NCBI GenBank assembly: GCA_041389785.1 | Contig: JAWKRH010000026.1 | Location: 1 to 24,000 of the forward strand | Direction: 5' to 3' | Length of the DNA: 24,000 nt | Origin: Polyangiaceae bacterium | GTDB lineage: Bacteria > Myxococcota_A > Polyangia > Polyangiales > Polyangiaceae | Shown here: piece by piece, positions 15,332-22,388 of the stretch | Layout: each line of letters starts with the position of its first letter | Numbering within the stretch: position 1 is the first letter of the stretch | Program-made: the position numbers and the translations under genes | The notes under the pieces: model-generated | Database searches by the model: none | Seen by the model: the letters and a program-made list of their open reading frames with translations, nothing else | What the model was told of the DNA's origin: nothing

Positions 15332-16712
15332 AGCGCTGGACCGCCTCACGAGCGTCACGCGAGAGGTGGGCGGCGCGCCCGTCGCGCTCGAGACGTACGC
15401 GTTCAACAGCCTCGGCGCCTTGAAGACCCACGCGGGCGCGCCCGTAGACGACCAGCGCCCGCGCCTCGACGGCGGAGGCCTCGCAGACGCGGCCGTGCCG
15501 GCCACGGCGGGAGGTCAACCCATCACGCTCGACGCGGCGGGCCGCCTCACCGCGCTGCGCGGAGTGAGCCTGGGCTACTCAGGCATGGGCTACCTGATCG
15601 AGGCGGCCCCACCCATCCCCGGGGTGTCGCAGCACTTCTTGATGGATGCCTCGATGCGTCGAGTGCTCAAGGCGAGCGCCGACGGAGCAGAGGTAGAGCG
15701 GTACGCGTACGAGGGAGCGAACCGCGTGGCGGTCCTCGACCGCTTCGGAACCGTGACCGAGTCGACGCTGTTCGACGGGGTGGATCACCCCATCCGTCTG
15801 AAGCGAGGCGGGACGACGGTCTTCTTGGAGCTAGACCTCGCCGGCCACGTGAGGCGACTGCGCGCGCCAGGCGGCGGAGACCTGGGGGGATACCGCTACA
15901 GCGCGTTCGGCAAGCAGCTCGAGGACACAGCGAGCGCAAGCTTCACGCAGCCGTACCGGTGGAAGGGACGCCCCCGCGACGTGCTGGGCGGGGTCGAGAC
16001 GTATGACATGCGAGCCCGCGTGTGGCTGCCCGAGGTGGGGGTGTTCAGCGCGATCGACGAGCTCGCGTACCACGACGCGCGGAGCACGCTGTGGGGTTGG
16101 CCGGGGCAGAGCCCGGTGCGGTGGAGTGATCCGTACGGGCGAGGTGTCACGCCGAGGGGCCCCGACTTTCTCGGGCTGCTCGGAGACGCCGCTTTCCAGA
16201 ACGCAGCGGACCTGCGGGACTTCGCGGTCGCAGACTACAACGCGGGTAACTACACGAGCGCGTACTTCCACGGGGGTCTGGCGTTCGACATGGCGCTGAT
16301 CGGGGTGGCGGCGAAGGCGCTACCCGCGATCGTCGACGCCGTCGCGATGACCGAGGGCGGCGGGCGCAGCTGCAAGACCGGCGCGAGGGGGTCCTCAGGC
16401 CGGGGCCAAGCAACTGCGACTGGCGGAGGGGAGACCAAGCAGACGGGTTCCTATACCAACACGCATGCCAGCGGCAAGACCTATTCGGGCAAGGGTTCCC
16501 GAACGCGCTCTCAGCAGTCCGGTCGGCGTCAGGCTCGCGCCAACGACGATCCCCACACGGCCACAGACTGGACTCCGGCAGAGAACACGCGGGAGGCATT
16601 CAAGCAGGAATCTCGACGGCTAGATGGTCAAGGTGGGGTAGAAAGCCCGTCGAACTATAACGAGGTCGAATCGCCCGGGAAGCGGTTCCGGATCGAGGAT
16701 GGTGAGCTGTGA
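15312..16712 (+). CDS. long orphan RHS protein: YD-repeat shell + core tip + pre-toxin module + GIY-YIG-like toxin tail (family H)
   Basis: 466-aa intact ORF. The N-terminal 160 aa are nearly identical to 11493..12926. Contains the tip ..VRWSDPYGRG and the shared pre-toxin module up to GGGRSCK. In the tail, GSYTNTHASGKTYSGKGS gives Y-x9-Y-x-G, followed by RTRSQQSGRR; the E of FKQESRRLD and the first N of SNYN lie 15 residues apart. This is GIY-YIG-like spacing. Confidence 0.85.
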   Translation: MPVGATPALDRLTSVTREVGGAPVALETYAFNSLGALKTHAGAPVDDQRPRLDGGGLADAAVPATAGGQPITLDAAGRLTALRGVSLGYSGMGYLIEAAPPIPGVSQHFLMDASMRRVLKASADGAEVERYAYEGANRVAVLDRFGTVTESTLFDGVDHPIRLKRGGTTVFLELDLAGHVRRLRAPGGGDLGGYRYSAFGKQLEDTASASFTQPYRWKGRPRDVLGGVETYDMRARVWLPEVGVFSAIDELAYHDARSTLWGWPGQSPVRWSDPYGRGVTPRGPDFLGLLGDAAFQNAADLRDFAVADYNAGNYTSAYFHGGLAFDMALIGVAAKALPAIVDAVAMTEGGGRSCKTGARGSSGRGQATATGGGETKQTGSYTNTHASGKTYSGKGSRTRSQQSGRRQARANDDPHTATDWTPAENTREAFKQESRRLDGQGGVESPSNYNEVESPGKRFRIEDGEL

Positions 16713-17122
16713 CGAGTGTAGAACACGCTGTCGTCGTCCTCCTTGAGCGACTAGAGTGCATTTTGGCTGAGCACGAGGAACTCACGGATACTGATGTGCG
16801 AGAGTCAATGCATCTTACGCTCAACTGGTACTTCGTGTGGGCCCAGGATCGCTCGCGATTTCCGCGGTGCTTCGGCATGTTCTCCGCGGATGGCGACGCA
16901 CTCGTCGCAAGCGCTATCCGTCAGTTTCTCGAGGCGACTGAAGGCTCCGGTGAGCTTTCATGCATCCCCGTCGGTCAGGCACGACTCGACGTCCTGCAAG
17001 CTGACACCGCCATCACGGGGAGCGGCATGCTCTACGACGAGTTTATTGGTCACCGCGATAGTCCGCTCCCGCCAAGACCTCTTCCGGAGCACATGTTCGC
17101 CGACGGCGACTACGGGCAATAG
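16709..17122 (+). CDS. putative immunity protein (family H)
   Basis: 137-aa ORF with GTGA overlap on the toxin stop. Codon usage is visibly less GC-rich than in the flanking genes. Confidence 0.62.
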   Translation: MTSVEHAVVVLLERLECILAEHEELTDTDVRESMHLTLNWYFVWAQDRSRFPRCFGMFSADGDALVASAIRQFLEATEGSGELSCIPVGQARLDVLQADTAITGSGMLYDEFIGHRDSPLPPRPLPEHMFADGDYGQ

Positions 17123-17134
17123 CGGAGTTGGGAT

Positions 17135-17482
17135 GTGAAGAATCAGCATGCGAACGCGACGCGTGTGGCACTTGAGCGGATCGCTCAAGATGGTTCGGAT
17201 CTGGGTCGGCCGCTGAAGACGGACTTCTTCGTTGCTGTGCCCGATGAGAGCAGCGGACGAGTCATGGCTGCTCGCGCCTCGGATCTTGGATTCGATACGA
17301 GTGTGGAGGAGGACGCCGAGACGGGAGACTGGACCTGCTACTGCACCAAAGTCTTCATTCCAGCGTATCAGGCGGTGGTCGCGATTGAGTCGAAGTTGGA
17401 CTTGCTTGCCCGTGAGATAGGGGGCTATGCCGACGGGTTTGGCACTTTCGGAAACGCAGACCTGGCAAATGACGAACGGTGA
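17135..17482 (+). CDS. RraB-like (ribonuclease E inhibitor RraB family) protein
   Basis: 115 aa. GGAG lies 7 nt upstream of the GTG. The pattern LERIAQDGSDLGRPLKTDFFV......ARASDLGF......ETGDW.C......P....V.AIESKLDLLAREIGGYADGFGT matches the RraB layout (..DGSD...P..IEH.F.., ..LGY.., ..YDGWGT). Confidence 0.65.
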   Translation: MKNQHANATRVALERIAQDGSDLGRPLKTDFFVAVPDESSGRVMAARASDLGFDTSVEEDAETGDWTCYCTKVFIPAYQAVVAIESKLDLLAREIGGYADGFGTFGNADLANDER

Positions 17483-17879
17483 GGGCCTGTCGTCGTGGTT
17501 CAGCGGCTCTTGCCCGTCGCCTTCCGGCTCTTCGCCGGATCCGGGGCCCGTGCGATCACGCGGCGGCAGGTAGCAGGGTGGGCGGCGTGATGCCGAGGGC
17601 GGGGAATCGCCGTATGCTGTCGTGGTCCATCGACCTTTCCCACTCGTTCTCGTCGAAATTCCTCTGGCCTCCACGATGCATGTAGCTCGGACGCGGCCGA
17701 GGCCGGCGCCAGCACTCGTGGCGAGAGCGCGATTCCGCGCGCCGGGGTCGCGGCAGCTCGGGAGCATCGGACAGGGTGCCGCCGCAGCGGCGCCGGCCGC
17801 CGGGGCACTGGGGTCGGGGGGACTCGGGGGTGCGGCCGCCAGCAGTCAGTCCTGTGCGGGGCGAAGCAGTCAGGCTGGC

Positions 17880-18195
17880 GCGAGCGCGAGCGGAGTGCTC
17901 AACTTCACCTCGAGAAGCCTACAAAAGGGTTCGACAAGCACGGCGCGGACTTCGGGCTTTCCGGAAACTGGAACCCCGGCAGAGCCGCAGACTTCAGCAG
18001 GGCGCGCAATCAGCACGTCAACAGCCCCTCCGTGACTGTGGTGCAAGGACCAATCGTGGCAGCCCCGCCACGCACCACTTCGATCCGTCTAGCGGTTTGA
18101 ACGTGGTTGCCAACCAGAGCGGCAACTACGTGACGGGCTTCCGCCTGGGAGTCGATCAGATGCAGAACCTACTTCGATCAGGAGCTCTCCAGTGA
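17880..18195 (+). pseudogene. frameshifted remnant of a non-RHS polymorphic toxin tail (possible colicin-D/BECR-type RNase)
   Basis: Three frames must be read together. Frame 0: ..GAAASSQSCAG..ASASGVLNFTSRSLQKG. Frame 2: GFDKHGADFGLSGNWNPGRAADFSRARNQHVNSPSVTVVQG. Frame 1: HHFDPSSGLNVVANQSGNYVTGFRLGVDQMQNLLRSGALQ*. The KHG.(D/E)FG ... FDP..G..VV....G...T.F pattern resembles RNase toxin tails from memory; this is unverified. Confidence 0.4.
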
Positions 18196-18434
18196 CCGAA
18201 AGACGGGAAACCGAGGTCGTCGTCGCGTTGACGCGCGCGGAGGCGTTGGTCCTGTTCGAATGGCTCGCCTCGAGGGCGGGCGAGCTCCGCTTCGACGATC
18301 CGGCAGAGCAGCGTGTGCTGTGGCGAGTCGAAGGCGCCTTGGAGCGGGCGTTGAGTGAGCCGTTCGCCCCCGACTATCGAGCTCTGGTCGCGGCGGCGAG
18401 GAGGACCGTAAACGAAGATGAAGCACCTGAGTGA
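18192..18434 (+). CDS. putative small immunity protein
   Basis: 80-aa acidic ORF. Its GTGA overlaps the stop of the toxin remnant. Confidence 0.5.
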   Translation: MTERRETEVVVALTRAEALVLFEWLASRAGELRFDDPAEQRVLWRVEGALERALSEPFAPDYRALVAAARRTVNEDEAPE

Positions 18435-18516
18435 CTTGGAGCTCGGCGACGGGCAGATTTGGCTCGCCCCTGAGCCGCGCCGCCGAGAACATCGCAGGGG
18501 AGCCTGCGCGCCGAGC

Positions 18517-18795
18517 GCCGCCGCGCTCCTCGCGACCGCCACCTCCAATGCGAGCCCGCGTGTGGCTGCCCGACCGGCGATTTGGTGAAGACTGGGATCA
18601 GCGGCGGCACCCGAACCGCAGCGGGTGACTCGAAGGCTCCAAGCGGCCGCACGGGCAGCAACGCGCTTGGGTGGCGCCTTCGGACGGCACCGTCGTCGGC
18701 ATCCGCCAGGGATCGGCGTCAGGTGGTTCAACGATCGACATCAACCGCGCAGGCATTCGAACGAAGGTTCACATCCACCCATGGCCACCGATCCC
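18517..18795. other. mosaic of six short fragments from other cassettes
   Basis: In order: the DUF559 3' end (matches 7374-7402); the RHS tip start CCAATGCGAGCCCGCGTGTGGCTGCCCGA; a URI-like toxin core TGDLVKTGISGGTRTAAGDS (compare 727-790); 32 nt equal to the reverse complement of 3509-3540; 17 nt equal to 3611-3627; and the last ~115 nt of toxin family C (compare 6858-6965). Confidence 0.7.
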
Positions 18796-19152
18796 CTGAG
18801 CACCATCGTCGAAGAGATCCTCGTACACGGCGCGGACGACTGGGTACACATGCCCGAGGTCCACGCGATCGTGCGCGAGACGGTCCCAGAAGCCGACGCC
18901 GCGACCCTTCGAGAGCAGGCGATCGCCGCCATATGTCATGTCGTGAGGCTCGGTCTCATGGAGGTGGGCACCGTCACGACGGCGGGCTTCGTGGGCAGCA
19001 CAGAAACGTTGGCGTCGTTCGAGTCGCGCCTCCGTGCCGAGTGGAGTGTGAGCTCTCCTCCCTTCGTTCCGGGAGAGATCTGCTGGCTTCGTCTCACCGC
19101 ACGAGGGGCGCGTCTCGCGGACCAGGCGCTCGAGCGCCGGGGCAGTGAGTGA
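18781..19152 (+). CDS. orphan immunity protein (family C paralog), intact
   Basis: 123 aa, MATDPLSTIVEEILVHGADDWVHMPEVHAIVRE.., highly similar to 6961..7332. The cognate toxin upstream is reduced to a 3' stub. Confidence 0.75.
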   Translation: MATDPLSTIVEEILVHGADDWVHMPEVHAIVRETVPEADAATLREQAIAAICHVVRLGLMEVGTVTTAGFVGSTETLASFESRLRAEWSVSSPPFVPGEICWLRLTARGARLADQALERRGSE

Positions 19153-19337
19153 GCCGGGCTCTGTTCGACATTCTAGATGCGAGCGTCAGCGAAGAGTGGA
19201 GAGTCCGCCCTCATCGAGACGGACTTTCGATGCACGCGATCGAGCTCGACGACGAATTCTTCTGCGATGATGTTCAGGAGCGGCGTGAGGGGGCGTTGGA
19301 GCGATACCGTCGAATGAAGGCACGTCTTCGCGTGTAG
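19149..19337 (+). CDS. hypothetical small protein
   Basis: 62-aa ORF with GTGA overlap on the upstream stop. There is no other support. Confidence 0.3.
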   Translation: MSRALFDILDASVSEEWRVRPHRDGLSMHAIELDDEFFCDDVQERREGALERYRRMKARLRV

Positions 19338-19363
19338 GCCGCGCATGGGCATAGGGGTGGGCG

Positions 19364-19984
19364 ATGCTGGAGGCCGACATCTGGAACGAGATCGACGCGA
19401 TGCGAGACGAGGAGGACCCCGCTCTCCGCGGCGCGCGCTGCTCAGACCTCGCCCAACGGCTCCGAGGAGTCCGCCCTGCCTCCGCGCAGAGCCTGTATGC
19501 GCTGGGCTACGTGCTCTACCACCACCCGAGCCGAGTACGAGACGCGGAGCTCCAACAAGAGACCGACGACGTCCTTCGACGCGCGCTGGAGCTCGAGCCC
19601 GGCGACGCCTGGTCCCACATGTATCGTGGGTACAATGCGTACGACGTGGGAAGGTACCGCGAGGCGCGAGCCTTCTTCGAAGCGGCAGACGCGGCGCAAC
19701 TCACGACCAACTTCGCCCTCAATCGCGAGGAGATGATGTTGTGCATAGACATGCGAACCAAGGGCATTGCCAAGTGCATGCCGTCGCTTGACGCGTACGT
19801 CTCGAGCGCAGAGCGGTACGAGGAGCCAGACGTCTTCCCGATGACCCTCGCGCGGACGCTGGAGGAGCTGCATGCGGAGCTTCTTCGGTTGCCTCGTCGC
19901 GATCGGACTCACGCGAAGTGGCTCGCCTCGCGACTCGACAAGGCAGGCGGCTCGAACGACTGGTTCACCGCGCTCGTTCCTTGA
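19364..19984 (+). CDS. hypothetical helical-repeat (TPR-like) protein, possible orphan immunity
   Basis: 206-aa ORF with a purine-rich tract upstream of the ATG. TPR-like segments (SLYALGYVLYHH.., AWSHMYRGYNAYDVGRYREARAFFEAA). Confidence 0.55.
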   Translation: MLEADIWNEIDAMRDEEDPALRGARCSDLAQRLRGVRPASAQSLYALGYVLYHHPSRVRDAELQQETDDVLRRALELEPGDAWSHMYRGYNAYDVGRYREARAFFEAADAAQLTTNFALNREEMMLCIDMRTKGIAKCMPSLDAYVSSAERYEEPDVFPMTLARTLEELHAELLRLPRRDRTHAKWLASRLDKAGGSNDWFTALVP

Positions 19985-20345
19985 ACGCATTGTTCGGCCC
20001 AAGGAGTCTCCGGAAGAGGCCACTCGCGTGCGGTGCCGCCGGACGCGTCGCCGACGGCCACGCCGTCCTCGCTGCCCGGTCTACCTGCCCCGTCGAGCGC
20101 AGCACGCCCACCGGAGGCGCGATGGGACGGCTACACCCTGCGATTCGGTTGAGTCTTACGTCGGTCTGCCTCGTAATCTCCTGCTCCAGCGCACCGCCCT
20201 CGTCATCGACTCGAGCGTCGCGAAGCTCCCGATGTAGGATCCGCCCGACGTCGTCTGTGGGAATCGCCTCCGCGCCTGGATGGACTGCTGCCGAGTGATC
20301 CCACGCGGCGGTTAGCTGCCAGGCGCTTCGCACCAGCTGATACTG

Positions 20346-21335
20346 ATGAAGACCGCAAGATCGAGCACCGACCGAGATCCTGCAGCGCAGGAGTCGCCGG
20401 GAAGTGTGGCGGCCTCGAGGTCGACCCACCTCAGGAGGGCGCTCGCCTGCACACTGGTGCTGATCAGCCCCGGACTCACGTACGCTCTTGCTCGTCCGTA
20501 CCCACCCGCGAGCATGGACGGCTCGACGGCGTTCTCCTTTCTCGTTCTCGGTGTGTGGAGTCTCGCCGCTTCCCTTGCGATGTGGTGGGCACGAACGACG
20601 CTCGAGGACGCGAAGCTCGCGCGCGTGCTCGCCTTGAATGTCGTCCTTCTCGATGTCATGCACGCGGGTCTAGTCGCTGTCGTTGTCCCGCGCTCTCTTC
20701 CAGGCGCTGCGGTGGCGTTCGCGACCCACGCCGCGATCTCCGCGCTCCTGGTCCTCCCCACTCCTCAGGTGCCGTCGCCTCGACCAGCGGTAGGCGCCGC
20801 CGTCCATGTCGTCATCGGGTCGGCGCTCTTTCTCGTGCTGCTCGTCGTCGCCTACCAGGGGTGGCGTGCGCTTCGCAAACGGGCCGCTCTGGTCGAAACC
20901 ATCCACATGGTTGGTGAGATTCGCAACGCGCAAGAGGTCTTCCGGTCAGAGACAGGAGGCTACGCGAATGTCTCCGCTGCTTTGGCTGCCAACCAAAGCA
21001 CGAACCACTTCGCGCTCTATCCTCAGGCTCCCCTGCGTCCCGGCCGGCATGCGTTTTCTTGGGGTGTTGATTGTCCCAAGTCGGCGTGCAGGCTCAGTTG
21101 GCTGGTGATTCCCGTCCTCGCCGACAGAGTGGTCTACGGATATTCGACAGTCGCCGGTGTGGCGGCGGCACCGCCGCCGGCAACGATCGTGGTCGATGGA
21201 AGGGAGTTGACCTGGTCGCCACCTGGGCAAGAGTGGTTTCTCGTGACTGCTGTCGGTGACCCTATGGGGGACGGTTCATATACGACAGTCGTTGGCGGCT
21301 CGCTCTGGCCGGAGCTCAGGATCGACAACCCGTGA
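20346..21335 (+). CDS. hypothetical multi-pass membrane protein with pilin-like C-terminal domain
   Basis: 329 aa with several hydrophobic helices (LVLISPGL.., FSFLVLGVWSLAASLAMWW, LALNVVLLDVMHAGLVAVVV, HVVIGSALFLVLLVVAY). These are followed by ..RKRAALVETIHMVGEIRNAQEVFRSETGGYANVS, resembling the helix after a type IV pilin TM segment. The start is uncertain. Confidence 0.5.
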   Translation: MKTARSSTDRDPAAQESPGSVAASRSTHLRRALACTLVLISPGLTYALARPYPPASMDGSTAFSFLVLGVWSLAASLAMWWARTTLEDAKLARVLALNVVLLDVMHAGLVAVVVPRSLPGAAVAFATHAAISALLVLPTPQVPSPRPAVGAAVHVVIGSALFLVLLVVAYQGWRALRKRAALVETIHMVGEIRNAQEVFRSETGGYANVSAALAANQSTNHFALYPQAPLRPGRHAFSWGVDCPKSACRLSWLVIPVLADRVVYGYSTVAGVAAAPPPATIVVDGRELTWSPPGQEWFLVTAVGDPMGDGSYTTVVGGSLWPELRIDNP

Positions 21336-21569
21336 CCGAAGGTGGAAACGTGCGTGGGTTCCACCACACACCTCGCCTTGGGCGCCGGACATCCCCGATG
21401 TACGATCCGAGGACGTGGCGCCGTCGAATCCCGCCCCCGAGCCGCGAACCTTTCCATATCGCGTACTGCGGCGCGCCACGACCTTGACTCATAGAGGTAG
21501 GCACGAGCTCGCTCTCGCGCTGCTCGAACGGGCGTTCGGGCGAGTCCCCAACGCGGGGAGGCGGGGGCA

Positions 21570-22268
21570 TTGAAGGACGGCGTGCGGGCAAATCGGATCC
21601 GCGAGGCGGTCGCGCAGGCCCGCAAGCTGCTCGGCGACGACCGAATCGCGCAGGCGTGCGACGTCGCGTTCAGGGCGCTGGAGTCTCTCGCAGACGAGCA
21701 GGGCTTCGACGCGGCGATGCGGCGCGAGCTCCTGTCGGCGTTGAGCTTGGCATTCGACGGTGGCCCGACGATGTGGGGGGAGCCATATCCGAGAGTGTCG
21801 AGAGACGTGGTCATCTCGTATGAAGCTCAGCGCGGCGGCGTTCCTCTGGCGGACGCCTTCGTGCGAGCGTCCGACGCATTGCCCGAGCAGGGCTCGCGCG
21901 CCGTCGCCTATCGCTACCTGTGTGCCGCGGGAACCATCTATTCGGCGTTCGGCGCGGCGGGCGCGCGGCGCCGTGAGGTCTTGAGGAAGCTATGCACGAC
22001 CGCCATTGGCTTGGGGAACCTCGACGACGCGGTGACAGCTTCGAACGCTTGGCTCGCGCTGACGCGTCCCGATGACCTGTCGGTAGAGTCGCTCCAGTAC
22101 ACGGTCGGAGTGGCCTTGTTCGACGCAGGCCGGCTGCCCCAGGCGCTCGAACGATTCGAGGACGTGCTGTCGAGGCGGCGCGCGATGGACGCGTCGAACC
22201 TGCGAAGCGCATGGGTAGACGAAGCCGAAGCGTGGGTCACGAGGGCGCGCCTCGCGACGCGCCGGTGA
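21570..22268 (+). CDS. hypothetical helical-repeat protein
   Basis: 232-aa ORF. TTG start with GGAGG 8 nt upstream, in a TTGA overlap with the stop of a short upstream ORF (..HELALALLERAFG..). It may be one frameshifted gene. The last codons run into a 41-bp module fragment. Confidence 0.5.
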   Translation: MKDGVRANRIREAVAQARKLLGDDRIAQACDVAFRALESLADEQGFDAAMRRELLSALSLAFDGGPTMWGEPYPRVSRDVVISYEAQRGGVPLADAFVRASDALPEQGSRAVAYRYLCAAGTIYSAFGAAGARRREVLRKLCTTAIGLGNLDDAVTASNAWLALTRPDDLSVESLQYTVGVALFDAGRLPQALERFEDVLSRRRAMDASNLRSAWVDEAEAWVTRARLATRR

Positions 22269-22269
22269 G

Positions 22270-22310
22270 CGCGAGAGCTCGCGCCGCTGACCCACGCCCG
22301 TGGGGGCAAC
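22270..22310. repeat. isolated 41-bp copy of the 3' end of the inter-cassette module (island boundary)
   Basis: CGCGAGAGCTCGCGCCGCTGACCCACGCCCGTGGGGGCAAC is identical to 13684-13724. Homology stops after GGGGCAAC, followed by AAAAGCTGG. Confidence 0.8.
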
Positions 22311-22346
22311 AAAAGCTGGCCCCACCCCTCATGATCCTGCATACTG

Positions 22347-22366
22347 ATAGTTGGAGCTCAAACTAT
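22347..22366. promoter_or_regulatory. AT-rich near-perfect 20-bp palindrome upstream of the infA-like gene (candidate operator)
   Basis: ATAGTTgGAGCTCaAACTAT (18/20 symmetric), 23 nt upstream of the TTG start. Confidence 0.35.
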
Positions 22367-22388
22367 TCACCCCGAGCCGGAGCAGTCA

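Noticed and set aside
1-19152. A regularly spaced repeat family resembling a CRISPR-like or integron-like array.
   Set aside because: It is not CRISPR. The repeats are 230-450 bp, the 'spacers' are 1-2 kb protein-coding toxin/immunity pairs, and there are no cas genes. An integron-like interpretation is kept only as a hypothesis, because no integrase is present in the window.
19965-20663. A 232-aa minus-strand ORF. Its 3' part (..AIPTDDVGRILHRELRDARVDDEGGALEQEITRQ..) in the 19985-20345 gap looked weakly protein-like.
   Set aside because: Its 5' half overlaps the better-supported membrane-protein gene on the plus strand. There is no convincing start codon or RBS for the 3' part alone, and no recognisable motif. 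The gap is left unannotated.
21256-21573. A 105-aa ORF between the membrane protein and 21570..22268.
   Set aside because: Most of it is low-complexity and overlaps the end of 20346..21335. Only the last ~45 aa look protein-like, and they may be the frameshifted N-terminus of the next gene. Support is too weak for a separate call.
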